Below, piece by piece: positions 37,545 to 49,600 of a DNA stretch of 64,000 nt. The stretch is from positions 17,982,001-18,046,000 of the forward strand of contig CM119372.1 of NCBI GenBank assembly GCA_051294905.1, in the 5' to 3' direction. Under the pieces are notes generated by a model. It was not told where the DNA came from and ran no database searches. It saw only the letters and a program-made list of their open reading frames with translations. The translations under genes were made by a program, and so were the position numbers. Source of the stretch: Botryllus schlosseri. Lineage: Eukaryota. The first letter of the stretch is position 1. Every line of letters begins with the position of its first letter.

Positions 37545-40500
37545 TTAGGGCGGAGTCTTCTTTTTCCGCACTCTTGTTCGTCGCTTTGGAAGTGTCCGGG
37601 ACCGTGCCCGGTGTCCCCTTTTCGTCAATGCACAGCTTTTCAAGAATAAAAGATGTTTAATTATCCAAACTGCCTCGACTCACTATAGTAATTCAAAAAA
37701 ATTCGTACAGTAACTAGTATTGAAATGATAAAAATGATATAAGATACCTTACAACGCATAATAAACATGATAGTTAAGGTTGCGTTCAAAACAAGTGGTT
37801 TTTTAAAACACTTTGTTTAAAACATGTTTTAAACAGTGTTTTAAACAAAGACCTTTTTAAAAAAAATTGAGTTTTTTCAAGTTGTAAAATTATGCCATAA
37901 TCGTGTATATACTTTACAAAGAACATGTTTTATGAGCCTGCGAACAATTACCACCCGATATATAGTCGACGCAAACGATATGGGATGGTCGGAACCCTTA
38001 AAATAGTTGGTTCGACAGCTATAATACGCAGATATGTCGTCAAAGGAGATATAGTTACTCTATATTTTCAATTGTCGATGTCAATCCACAATGACGTCAC
38101 AATTGAATATCCGTGACGCCATGGCTTAAAAAAAGCAATAAAAACATGTTTTAAACAAGGGCCTTGTTTCAAACAGGTTTATCTTAAATTGGTTTTTGTT
38201 TTAAATGCAACCCTATTGATAGTTCATTGATCAGTCATTATAACTCTGTTCAATTGATGGTTGAGCTTGTTTTTGCTCGGACAATCGCTAGTTTGGTTAG
38301 TAGAAAAAGCCAGTGGCATGTCATGTCAAATATCCAAGACACTGCACTGCTTTGTCTTCAGAAGTAATATTGTTGAAAACCTACATTCACACACAACGAT
38401 ATGTTGATGGGAAAGGCAATAGAAACGGCTCATCTTTCTTTTAGCACAAATTATAGAAAAAAATCAATATCAATAGATCTGAATGTAAAACGAAATAAGT
38501 AAACTGAATATCAAGAATAGCTTATGCTGTATTGGTAGTATTAGATTTTTTGAATTATCTTTGCTAAAATGGAGTAGAATGAAAGATAATGATATTTCAT
38601 ACCGCACGCTGAAAAAAGGCTCATGACCCCCAGGTTGTGAACCCCGTTGTGAACAAATCAATTGTCGTACAAGCTTATACTATAGCCGCTGCTATGGATA
38701 TATGACGGTTTCGTGACTGTGTTTCACGCACGTTAATCGGGAGATCTATAATCATTTGCGACCTTCATCACCAGATCTGTTATGTTCGTGCATTTACGTT
38801 TTAGTGTCGTACAACTCTTTCTTTCTATAGGATTAGTAATTACCGCCAATCATTATTTCCTCGTGTGTCGTGCTTGTATTTATACCCTTTGTGTTCTGTT
38901 CTCTATCGTCTTTCGTTTACCAGTACTCTAGATCGTGTCGCTGTCTCAAGTTGTTCTGCTGATAACATACTGATTTCATATTGCAACCTCGTCGTATGAG
39001 TTATTGTTCAAAAGAAGATCCACGCTCCATCACATCTGCTAAAAAGCTACGTTTCACCTGCAGCCAACAGTAATTTTCCCTGTCGTTGTCTTGTCGGAGC
39101 GCAGACCAAACGTCTCGTATACGAATGTTTCATCAACTTGATAATATTTTCTTGGCATTTTCTTCAGGGTCATAGGATCGTGACAAGAACGGCTGCATTC
39201 TGCATAGCTGAATATGGACGGCGTGATGTCTTTGCAAACAGCACTGTAAGTTAAAGGAAAGGATTATGATTATCAGAGGTGGTCAAAGTAGTCAAGAAAG
39301 CTACTAAAGTAGAAGTAGAAGTAGCGACGAAAAAAGTATACTCAAGTACGAGTAGAAGTACTTCTTCCATAAGTCATATAAAACTACTTGTAGTAGAAGT
39401 AGAATTGACTGACATTAAGTCTACTCAAGTAAGTAAGTAGTTTTGGAAATAGTCGTAATTCATTCGCATGGACTGTCACAAGCTGCAAATTGAGCTATGC
39501 GGAAGGTGCAGAGAGCTTGATTCGTATTAATGCATCCCAGGAGTTATTAATTTTCGACAGAATAAGCGTTCTTTCGCATCATGGGATGCGAATTATGGCA
39601 TTGATATGAAAATGCCAGTCCAACCCTTTGTTTACTAGAAGACCCCGTTTTAGAGAAGACCATGGCATGGCGACCTACCCCATATTATGAGGCTTCAAAT
39701 TTAGGCGAAGAGCAATACGGAGAAGTTGTATCGGATACGGTTTCAACGCTTTGCGCGATTAGTACACGTTAAAAACAAATATTGTGGATCGTAAAAGTTA
39801 TATTTGATGTAGCTTTATTTTCGGAAAATAGAGGCATTGCTACACATGTTTTTATGCTTCAACATGTATGTTCTGCAGACAAAAAACTGAATGTAATTAG
39901 AACTCAAAGTATGATACTCGGAATTGAAAATGAAATACAAATGCCACTTCTAAAAAGCTGAAAATATACAAATACCACTTCTAAAAAGCTGAAAATATAT
40001 TTCATGTCTTTTGTCGGTAAAGCTTCAAAGGGGATCTGCTAAAACAGGTGTAACGTTAAAAAATCCGTATTTTCCAGATCGGCAGGACACGTCATGGGCT
40101 GCTAGATTTCGAAATGATAGGTAATTGCTAGATTGCGAAACGGTAGTTTCGAACGTTATGGTGGGCCATATTTACTGTGATGAAATATTTGATATGGGCG
40201 ACAATGCGGTGTGAGCGGAAGCAAGCAATCCGGTACCTAAATTTTATTCACTAATACTTTCGTGAAAACATTTATGTCACACCATGATTACTGTGCGCGA
40301 AGCGCAGCAACATTTCTGGGCTTTACTTGACGTTTATGAACATTAAATGTTGGTACTCCGTGAAAACAGCCCCGAAATTCCTCAGGCTATCTTTGGTATT
40401 GGGGGATTAGACTACTTCTACTTGACAAACTGAAAATAGCGAAAAGTAAGTAAGTAAATGTCAAAATATTACGAAGTAGAAGTAGAGAAAATCAGATCTA

Positions 40501-41767
40501 CTTGAGTATGTTTCAGAAGTAGAGGAAAACTACTTGAGTACTTCCAAAAAGTAGAAGTACTTCGTTGCAGACCACCTCTGATGATTATAGCGTTGGCGAA
40601 TAGGGGTTGGTCGTATCATGCGCAGCATACGAAGCATGCAGTAGGCCTACATTCGCCACGTTCGTTGGTGGATATCACATAGGCCTATTTATGACGTCGT
40701 GATCAATTCACAGTATTGTCACAAGGTGCAATGAAAAAGGTATGGCAGAAAAATACCAAAGAAGGTTTATGTGATCGAACGGGCATTCTATTTTTGTGGC
40801 CGCATAAAAATTACATATTTGAACTTTTCACATACGTTTCTGACGTCACAACGAGTGATACTCGACTCGAAGCCTCGATTCAGAATCGAATCACTCAGGT
40901 TCTCGATTTTGCCCGCAGTCCTATTGGCGACCATGACGTACAGACATGGATGTAATTCAAACGCATAATTCCATATACCCTTCGCTGTTTATACACAGTC
41001 ATCACTTGTATCCGTACATATACATACTTGGATGACGAATACCCAATACCCAATAGGATAGTCAATGGAATTTGCTGAATTTCGTCAGATACCGATATGC
41101 ACATCTTTTCACGAAGAAGTCATCGCTGCAGCCATCTTTTATGTAATCACATACCACGCCTTTATCGCGGAGCATCTGTCTAAATTCAAGTGTGGTGAAA
41201 TTGTTGCGATACAAGTACCCGACATCATTGCTTCGGGGAACTTTAGGGCTCGGATCTGAGACTTTTGAGCGGGACTTATCGCACGCCCCGTTTACACACA
41301 CATCCACAAACCCTCATTGCAACGCTATCTTGGAATATTAATTTTCGTATACACCCGTGATGGCGAAAGGAAGTAAAATCACTGTCATTGATTAGTTGAG
41401 AATATACCTATGTATTTCACTGCTAACCCCGTTTATATCGCAAAATGATGTATCAGTTACTGATCCCACCACAGATGAATATTTTCTGTAGTTCTGATCC
41501 GAATCCATAGAACGAGGGCCTGATCAATCCAAATCTCACCTGATTCTGGATTTCGCAAAACATTTTCTTCTGATCGTCAGGACAGCAAATACCAACTGCA
41601 GAACGAATTATATGCATTTGTCATCACAAGCATCTCCAGATATTCAAGATTTCAGTTTCCGGTAAAATAAACTCAGGTTTGTATTACATATATAACAGAT
41701 TATCATAGTTTCCTATTCGAATTTAGGCAACTGTACTCACGTATATGAAATGGAAACGCATTTTCAT
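37545..41767 (-). CDS. Secreted divergent IL-17-like cystine-knot protein, paralog C (148 aa, 5 exons, basic tail)
   Basis: Exons 41767-41741, 41595-41540, 41179-41093, 39243-39058 and 37635-37545 are GT-AG with the same intron phases (0,2,2,2) as A and B. Protein: MKMRFHFIYLVFAVLTIRRKCFA-KSRIRQMLRDKGVVCDYIKDGCSDDFFVKRCAYRAVCKDITPSIFSYAECSRSCHDPMTLKKMPRKYYQVDETFVYETFGLRSDKTTTGKITVGCSCALTKRGHRARSRTLPKRRTRVRKKKTPP*. Its Cys pattern aligns with A and B. Confidence 0.78.
38778..39015. mobile_element. Probable solo LTR in intron 4 of paralog C
   Basis: 238-bp insert starting TGTT and flanked by a 5-bp TSD AGATC. It is absent from the homologous segment at about 18715. The 3' end reads AAGA rather than AACA. 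Confidence 0.55.
39274..40580. mobile_element. 1.3-kb hAT non-autonomous element, CAGAGGTGGTCA family, in intron 3 of paralog C
   Basis: TIR CAGAGGTGGTC / GACCACCTCTG with an exact 8-bp TSD ATGATTAT. Confidence 0.92.
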
Positions 41768-41822
41768 ATGCACATCACCCCATAGAACATAGCATCAGCA
41801 AGGATGCTGTCGGAGACTCGTA

Positions 41823-41830
41823 ATTATATA
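41823..41830 (-). promoter_or_regulatory. Putative TATA box of paralog C
   Basis: TATATAAT on the minus strand about 55 bp upstream of the ATG at 41767. Confidence 0.4.
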
Positions 41831-42304
41831 GAGTCTACTGCTGGTGGTTTCTTTCCATTAGTCCCCACCCCCATATGTTGTGGTGCGTACCTAAAAGTCG
41901 GTAAATTTTTTTTAATTGAATGAATTTGTCCTGAGAAACTAAAATTATCGACGCGTACAGTGGGTACACGTGCTCGTGCTATGCACTGTTCATGTACAAA
42001 TAAAATGGGAGACATGCCACGAAACGAGAGATCAATTCACTACGTTATATCTGTTATAGACTGTTGTGCAAGGGGTACAAAAATAAAGATACCAGCCACA
42101 TCTGAGCCCGATGGAATTATATTATCTAGTCGCTGTTAAAATGGCGGGTATTGGTTTATATTATTTGTGTGCTTTTCGTGTAATATTCAGAGTTGATACG
42201 GCGACGATAACAGGAATATCGAGTTGTTCGCAATATTTTACGCAATATTTTATTTTGTGATGCGATTGTTGATATACAACGTTCTTTCCAATTCTCTACT
42301 AGTT

Positions 42305-42349
42305 GCTGACGATTACCCCTGACGAGTGTCAGCCGAAAATATTCGGGTT
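42305..42349 (+). ncRNA. Minimal type-I hammerhead ribozyme motif in a solo Penelope terminal repeat (42262-42415)
   Basis: ACCC-CUGACGA-G(UGUCAGC)C-GAAA-AUAU-UC-GGGU. The cores CUGANGA, GAAA and UH are intact, stem I is ACCC/GGGU, stem II is 1 bp and loop III is palindromic. Confidence 0.7.
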
Positions 42350-42896
42350 CATTTCAATATGAATATACTATTCAATTGTATATTGAAGTTCTGTACCTCC
42401 AAGAAGCTGTTCAAATATTTTACGAGAGCCGAAAATCGATTGCCAAACTATGAAGAGAATTTCACCCGACGGACCTCAATATTCCATCTTTGGGTATTCA
42501 TACCCTTAAATTAGGGCTTTAACGGCCCGGTCTTCGAATTGGAAATGTTTTATTACGGAGCTTCACTCGCAAACTGCAACGTATCGACACCACAACATAA
42601 AACGGCCATGAGCCAGCGGTCACACGACCTATGCCAGCATGGCGTCGACACCAGAAAAAGCAAATCACCTGCACATCTCATGACCACAGATAGCATAAAT
42701 AACAAGATGTCCAGCAGAACCAGGTCCGTCACAGTGCTACGGTGCTACTGTGGTTCGTGGGCTGAATATGTCGTCATAAATCATATTTACTAGTAGTTAT
42801 CCCCCTATTATCGCGATAGTGTAGGCGTATTTGTAATCAGAACTTCGGTAATAGACGTGAAAATAGCACAAGTATAGCCTACGCTTGTATAAAATA

Positions 42897-43211
42897 CACT
42901 GGGAAAATTCTCGTATTTCCAATGCCGTCTGGGAGTTATTTATACGGGATTTCCATTGCTCAAAAGGGGAGTGCAGCGAGTGATGAAGTAGCTTTATTTA
43001 CAATGAAATCGGATTTCTTTATAGTAGACTGATTTTCAACGAGGCGTGAGATTTTGGTACAATATGGGAAAATCACCATATAATCAACGCTAACTGAGGA
43101 ACCGATAAGGAAATTTGTAACGGGTAGGTTGTCAGAGTTAGTTTGCAACTATATGGCGACCGCATGTTTACAATAATTTCCCGTAAATCGGTTGCACCGT
43201 TTTTCCCAGTG
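42897..43211. mobile_element. CACT-ended MITE (CMC/EnSpm-like)
   Basis: TIR CACTGGGAAAA / TTTTCCCAGTG, flanked by TA on both sides. Confidence 0.7.
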
Positions 43212-43229
43212 TACCGTTAGGAACTCACA

Positions 43230-43267
43230 CATGGATATCTAGAAACTAGAAGTTCTAGATATCCCTG
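43230..43267. mobile_element. 38-bp TIR-only micro-MITE
   Basis: CATGGATATCTAGAA...TTCTAGATATCCCTG, TSD AACTCACA/CACTCACA. Confidence 0.75.
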
Positions 43268-45139
43268 CACTCACATTGCTCATTCATATCATTCATGTCA
43301 GTACATGCCACACTTTTATTCAATTTACAGATATGTCAATAAGCGTCACTGATTTTAGACAGATACTGGAGCTTATCTAAAATTCAAGCTAGCAAAACCG
43401 CCGCACAGGATTGAATATATATCATGTAAAGCACTGTTGAGTTCTTAGGGTATGAAATGCGGTGCTGAGGGGTGCAATTGGTTCTCAATCTAATGCTATC
43501 TATTTGCCATCATATTTGTTATCATTATGGAGTCATGCTAGGACTCCAATCAAACGCGTATCTGGGGACTCACTACCACACTGTCACCTTGCCCCTTTTC
43601 TTTATTTTTTCCTATTTGATTAACAGTTTTTATAACCAGATCATGTAAAGGTAGTGTAGTCGCACTTCGTCTTTGCTAAAACTTTATCTGCCTTGGTATG
43701 TCTTTTTGGTACGAACATCTTGTTACCTAAATAGTCCGGTAACCACAGGCAGCACATGGTTAAATGCAATTTTGTACATCGTGCGTATTTTTATTTAGTT
43801 CTAATCTTTAATTTTTATCAATCGTGTTGGTTGAATAGTTCCATTTTCCGAAGATACAATGAAAGCCATGACCGTCTGATCATAATACTTGCCTATACCA
43901 CTTTATCAGTTACTTTACTAACCGCAGAAAGCAGCAATGCAAAACCCAATAGAAATTCACCGTGTCGCATATCATCGGCGAGGTGAAATGAAGTTGTGTA
44001 GCTATATTGGGCCCGAGCCTGATTTGAGACAGAAGTTTGTAATGACATTCTTATTTGAATCCGAAATATAGTACAATTCTAATATTGTTTATTACCCAAC
44101 CGGTCAATCGGCACGTCTCAAACCCGAAATAATTTGCAAAATCAAGCCCGAACACGGAAACTCCACCCAACTTCGATCACCCCCCACCATCTTCAGGGGC
44201 GCGCCCCCCTTGGGGGCGTGAAACATCTGAAGGGGGGCTCGAAGTTGTGAGCAACTGAAATTTTTTTTAGCGCTCGGCGCGATTTACCTCCAGTTCATTG
44301 TTATTGCTCTTGTGTATAGGCCAGTCCATAATTTCATATTTTCCAATTCTCTCATGAATACTGAACAACAGTCATAACCTCCCATGCCATCAAACTATCC
44401 GTTGGGATTGCTCGCATTCTGGTTTCATTTTGTAATATGACGATAAGGAGGGCGCGACCATTTTCACTATCAAAAAGGGGGGAGTGCCTAAAAAAGTTTG
44501 AGAAACTCTGTTTTAAGAGGAGGGCACCACACCATAAACATCTCTGGAAGGGCGCTGGCGGAAGAAATTTCTTGGCTTGAAATATCGACATAGTACCTAT
44601 ACTTTTACCTCATGACCTTATCTTACCCAAAACATAACTAATAACTTCATAATTTCGGTTTTCATCGGCACCGGTTTAGTATCTTTTATTACTGGTAAAA
44701 TGTTTATTATTAACGTTTTTCTCTATTGTAAAATTGTGTTGAACAGATTCGTGGTAACTCAAAAATTTGTATGACATATATGTCGTATAGTGTTCACTGA
44801 GGGTTTTTTGAAAAGCTAACATAGAGACCCGTGTTATGCTAAGAGACGTTTGGCCTCTAGGTCTACTTTGCTCTGAATTTCAGAGCTTCACAGCAAACTT
44901 TTTGAAAAAATGACTTGAAATTTGAAATTTCGAAATGGGATTTCTCCTAGAGGGGTAGCACATATTCCTTCAAATTTTAGCATAACACAGCACTGTCCTA
45001 GTACTTCCTAGAGAAGGCGTTAGATTGAAAAAAAGGCTTCACAATATTGAGATTTTGCATTCCCCGTGTCGGTGCATTTTTTCTGCTTCAAATCCACAAT
45101 CTGCAGGGTAGGACTAAACTTTTTGTTTTTTGTATATAG

Positions 45140-45682
45140 CATATAGTATATTCATATTAAAATGAGCCCGAATATTTTCGGCTGATACTCGTCAGGGGTA
45201 ATCGTCAGCAACTAGTAGAGAATTGGAAAGAACATTGTATATCAACAACCGTATCACAAAATATGACGTCATCAGCATGAAAGAGAGAGCGTTCAATGTA
45301 GGCCTACTATTTTTAGGTGGTACTCGAACTCCTTTTGTTGACAGAGTTTTGGTTGGTGTATTTTGATAAAAGTCGACTCCAAGGCACACAAATGGAATTG
45401 TGAACGACCCCGCCCAACGATTCGAAATTGGTCGTCTCGATAATTATTCGCACAAATCGGATTATCTAACAGATGTTTGCCGATGGCAGAATTAATGGCC
45501 TTTGATCGATCAGCATCAATCTTAAGCGGATGAGTTAAGCGTACGATTGTTGATATACAATGTTCTTTCCAATTCTCTACTAGTTGCTGACGAGTGTCAG
45601 CCGAAAATATTCGGGTTCATTTTAATATGAATATACTATTCAATTGTATATTAAAGTTCTGTACCTCCAAGAAGCTCTTCAA
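45140..45682 (-). mobile_element. Penelope-like element 3' fragment flanked by inverted terminal repeats
   Basis: Minus strand reads INSAIGKHLLDNPICANNYRDDQFRIVGRGRSQFHLCALESTFIKIHQPKLCQQKEFEYHLK (GIY-YIG C-terminus). A sense repeat lies at 45250-45145 and an inverted repeat at 45545-45682. Confidence 0.88.
45165..45209 (-). ncRNA. Minimal hammerhead ribozyme motif in a Penelope terminal repeat
   Basis: CCC-CUGACGA-G(UAUCAGC)C-GAAA-AUAU-UC-GGG, in the sense orientation of the element. Confidence 0.65.
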
Positions 45683-46654
45683 GTATACAGCATAGCGACA
45701 TCTAGCGACTGAAAAAATTTCATGGTGATGGGGTAGCCATCTGAGAGTTAGGTTTTTGACTTGCTAGTCCCCTTCAGACATATTTCCTTCATAAAATCGA
45801 CTGACAACTATCTAAAGTTCGTTCTCTGCGTGACTGCTCAGAAGTTTAAGCAGTCGCGGCAGCTGGAGCGTGAAGGTCATGTGAAAATTTCAATAAATTG
45901 CAGCTCCATTACCGTGGCGTTCTGAAGAGAATGGCTGCGGCCAAATTTTTTTCGTTTTGCCCTTCAATTTGAGACCACATCATTTTTTTAGTGCAGTGCC
46001 CCTTTAACCAACCTGAGTATAAAAAGTACTGTCTCAATTTCGGCCGATTCAACAACTGTGACGATCAGGTGTTAAGCGACAACGCGCGTTTTGTGCTTTC
46101 GTTTGATAATATTGACACAAATTCAACGTTTTCTATATCCTAACTAATTAGAGTCTACCTACAACTATCTATTTATAGAGCCCCATATCTACTACTCGGG
46201 TCCCGCGCCTGCAACGGACTTTCCTTGCATGTAGATGTAGGCCCTATTCCCATCTCAGTAAAACAGGGTAGGCTATTTAATGTAGAACTGTCGAACTTGA
46301 TACGAGCGCCAACATATTGCCGCCTGAATATTGCGGCGTATAGAACTTACTAGCCATTGGCCACATATTCGACACGGGAGTATGCTTGGGAAAATTGAGA
46401 CCTAGGTTAGTTGTCGCAGCAATAGTAGTCCTATATTAGGAAATTTCAATTACACGGGCTGCGGCTATCGTCTAAGCGCGAGGCGTCGTCCGCGAAAAAC
46501 GCAGAATACACAACTCCAGAATGAAACATATATATATTATATAGTCTCTGACAAACAGCGGTAAAACATTCTAAAATGTGCATCGGTGGAAGACACGAAA
46601 ATCGAAAGGACAAGGCTACAAAAACTAAAGCGGTGAAGAATTCGCGATGGCATT

Positions 46655-49600
46655 TCAATCCACGATCTCCGAAGCCCAATACGGTATCGAGGCCGCTCGC
46701 AATTCCTCTTCGTCGTACTGAAAGAAACGAAGATTCAGGTCAGGTCACGTCAGACTGGCTGGCAGTAGGCGGTCAGGCGACCGGTAGTATAGTATGCACA
46801 GGTGGTCAAAATAGTCAGCGTTGCAACTCGAGCAGATGAAACGCCGTAAATTTCTACTCAATTTCAAGTACAAAATGGAGTGCGGAATCAGGGATATCTC
46901 GAAGTTCTAGATATCCCTGCGCGGAATAAAGTAATTACAAAAGAATTGGAGTAAAAGTAGCCCACAAGTATTATTTTATGAGTTAATCGTAGGCGGCAAC
47001 TTCCAGAAATGCACGATGCATCTTCGCGACTAACGCAAAACGGCAAATGACTTTTCACATATAGGTGCAATGTTCGAAAATATATTCTGTCGCCGTGATG
47101 TAACTCAAACGCCCAGTGTTTACGACAATTTCATCATAAAGGTGATGCAAAACTATCCAGTAACTACTTTTTACTTGTAATACTGGAGTCTATAAGCAAG
47201 GTTACCATCGACAAGGATCGAAAATGAAGGACAGCCAAACTCTTAATAGCCTAACTGCCAAATTTCCAAATTGATGAGCAAAAAAAGGTGACCACTTTCG
47301 TCCAGTACGACCTCGTCGCCGAAAATAAGATAAACTAAAGGTACGTGTCAAAAACAAGGACAAAGTAGTTTTTTTTATGATATTGCCCTTCAAAATAAGG
47401 TATATGGCAATCCTGTCTAAAAGGTTAACACTTATCTTCGAAAATGGAGTTATACGCACGATGCACATGGTAAAGTCATATCAGTAAACATACCACGAAT
47501 TTACGCAAGAGTGAAGGTTCACAACAGCGACGCTTACCGTGAGCGGCGTAGCGGACAGTCTGGGATCGATTTTACTTTCGGAGTAACGCAGATTGTCGTA
47601 AACGTGAAAGTTAAAGGCTCGCACCAACTCCTGACAGAAACGCAGGCCTCGAACGGAATTACCTGGAACGACAACTAGCTTTGAAGAAACACTATTCGAA
47701 ATTACGGATAATTAAAACTCCGTTTCCGCAGCGCGCAACGGTTGGAATTCGGGACTCTCTGGCTATTCGCCTGATTTGGCACTGACGTATGACGCCACTT
47801 CGACGGCGTGACTCGGTACATGCAGACGAGATAACATACCAAGGACGATACTTTCCCGCCGAATTGAAGCTTCTACTATAACCGCACAGGTCGGCAGGGA
47901 TGGGTCGAAAAGATGGTTAATACCTCACGGTTACCCCGAACAGAAGTGGGTCCAGAGTTTCACAACTAGGGCAGGCACGGTTCGAGTACCCGAATCCAGT
48001 CGAGAAGTGAGCCGATGTTTTTGAGTAACACCGAAAAATATTTCCACCGCTGGAGCATCGGAACCCCGGTTAGCGAGGTTAAGCAACGAAACGTACGTTG
48101 CGGAAGGCTACGAATATTCATGGAACAACGGACGAAGTAGTGGTCGACCCTCACAATGGCCACAAAGCGCTACGAATAGCCACGGTCCCGAAACACAGAA
48201 TTAGTTAGGATTACGTGTAACTGGCATCGTTGAACTTGTGGCCGCCCAAGAGATAGATATTCAAATTTCTGAAGTCAGTATTACTGTCGTAACGCCCTAA
48301 CTACGACGTTGAGAAGACAGCGGGAGTCATCGTTACCAAGCAATCACGGGGATTTAGCGCCAAATCAAACGCATCACCAACCTCTCTCGTCCAGCAAAGG
48401 GCTCCATATCATAACCCCCATCACGTTTGGCACGACCAGCATCAACCCGCCAGCAACGCCAGACTTTGCTGGTAATCCGACCTGAAAGACGCAACGAAAA
48501 AGAAAACGCTTCAAGAACACACCGCGCGGGTAGTATAACAGCAGGGCTCACATCAAACGCGAACACTCCCGAGTAATCGTACATCCCGCAGGAATGCATA
48601 AGCGAGAGAGTGTTCCGCACCGCTTCCGACGACAACACGCGTTTGTCCGGCAACAATGGGCATACGCCTCCGTTCGCTAGCGTCGACGACGCGACGCTCG
48701 CGGATAGACAGGTCATTTTCAAGGCGCACAACTGCAGGTAAAAGTCCACCGTATGCTCCACTGAAGTGCCGGGTGGAAAACACTGAAATGGGCGGCCGCG
48801 GTCAGGACGATAGCGCTATGCGTTTTGCCGGGACTTACGTTTTTCTCCATTAGCAAATACGCCAACGCGAAATTTCTGAACGCGGTTACTTTCTCGGACT
48901 GGAAAACCGCGTTGTGAAAGGACGTGTACTCGTTGGCGGCCATGACGCTTACGATATTCTGTACCTGGAACCAGCAATTATAATTCAAGAACTGATGCAT
49001 GAAACTGCACGCATGTCATGCATCTGCTCAGAGCGTGTGTCTATGTAACAAGGTGTTGTTAGGTTACACGAGTCGGTTTATATATGTCGAAAAAACACCA
49101 GGGACAAAAATACAAACGTTCTATTCTTTACCCAGATCTCAATTGAGCTTCAAATTTGTGGGATTTCCATCGAGTATGCACTGGGTGTTATTGAAGGACT
49201 GGTCCGCAGTCGAATTTGTTGTGACGAGTGCCTTCATAATCGAAGCTCGACACGTTCGTCGAACCGAGCCTTCGCCAGAAACCCGAAGATGAGCGATTCG
49301 AAAATTCTGGCTTGGGATTATAGATTTTTCCAAAACAGGAGTTAGTAAAAATTACGATATTCTCGCCACTTTACAATGGACCCGAAAACAGAAGACCGCT
49401 AATCTCCGCGGAACCCGAAGCAATGTATTTTCACGCCGCACTGCGCAATCGGCGCGGAGTAGCAATCTATCGCCATTCTAACTCTCTGAGCGTCGCGCCG
49501 TGCACAGACGGCGAGAAATTAACTGCTTAAAATCACCGACCCCGACAGGTGGGAGCGATGGCAATCAGAATTATTCGCCGAGCATTTTCGTACGTCTCAC

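Larger units (their letters stand above)
22195..39065 (+). repeat. Second unit of an old tandem segmental duplication (first unit about 5170-18765)
   Basis: Collinear same-strand homologous blocks: 5170-5450 ~ 22195-22290 + 23680-23870; 8560-13030 ~ 23870-26600 + 29200-29740; 16430-17270 ~ 32210-34200 (interrupted by insertions); 18600-18765 ~ 38690-38777 + 39020-39065. Confidence 0.8.

Noticed and set aside
39010..39057. 22-nt GT-AG micro-intron that would give GCRCDGAWIFF* as the end of paralog C
   Set aside because: Implausibly short, and a homologous terminal exon (SCALT...) exists at 37635-37545.
41408..41485. Possible extra in-frame exon (KYSSVVGSVTDTSFCDINGVSSEIHR) in paralog C
   Set aside because: The acceptor is weak and A and B have no counterpart; the 5-exon model aligns without it.
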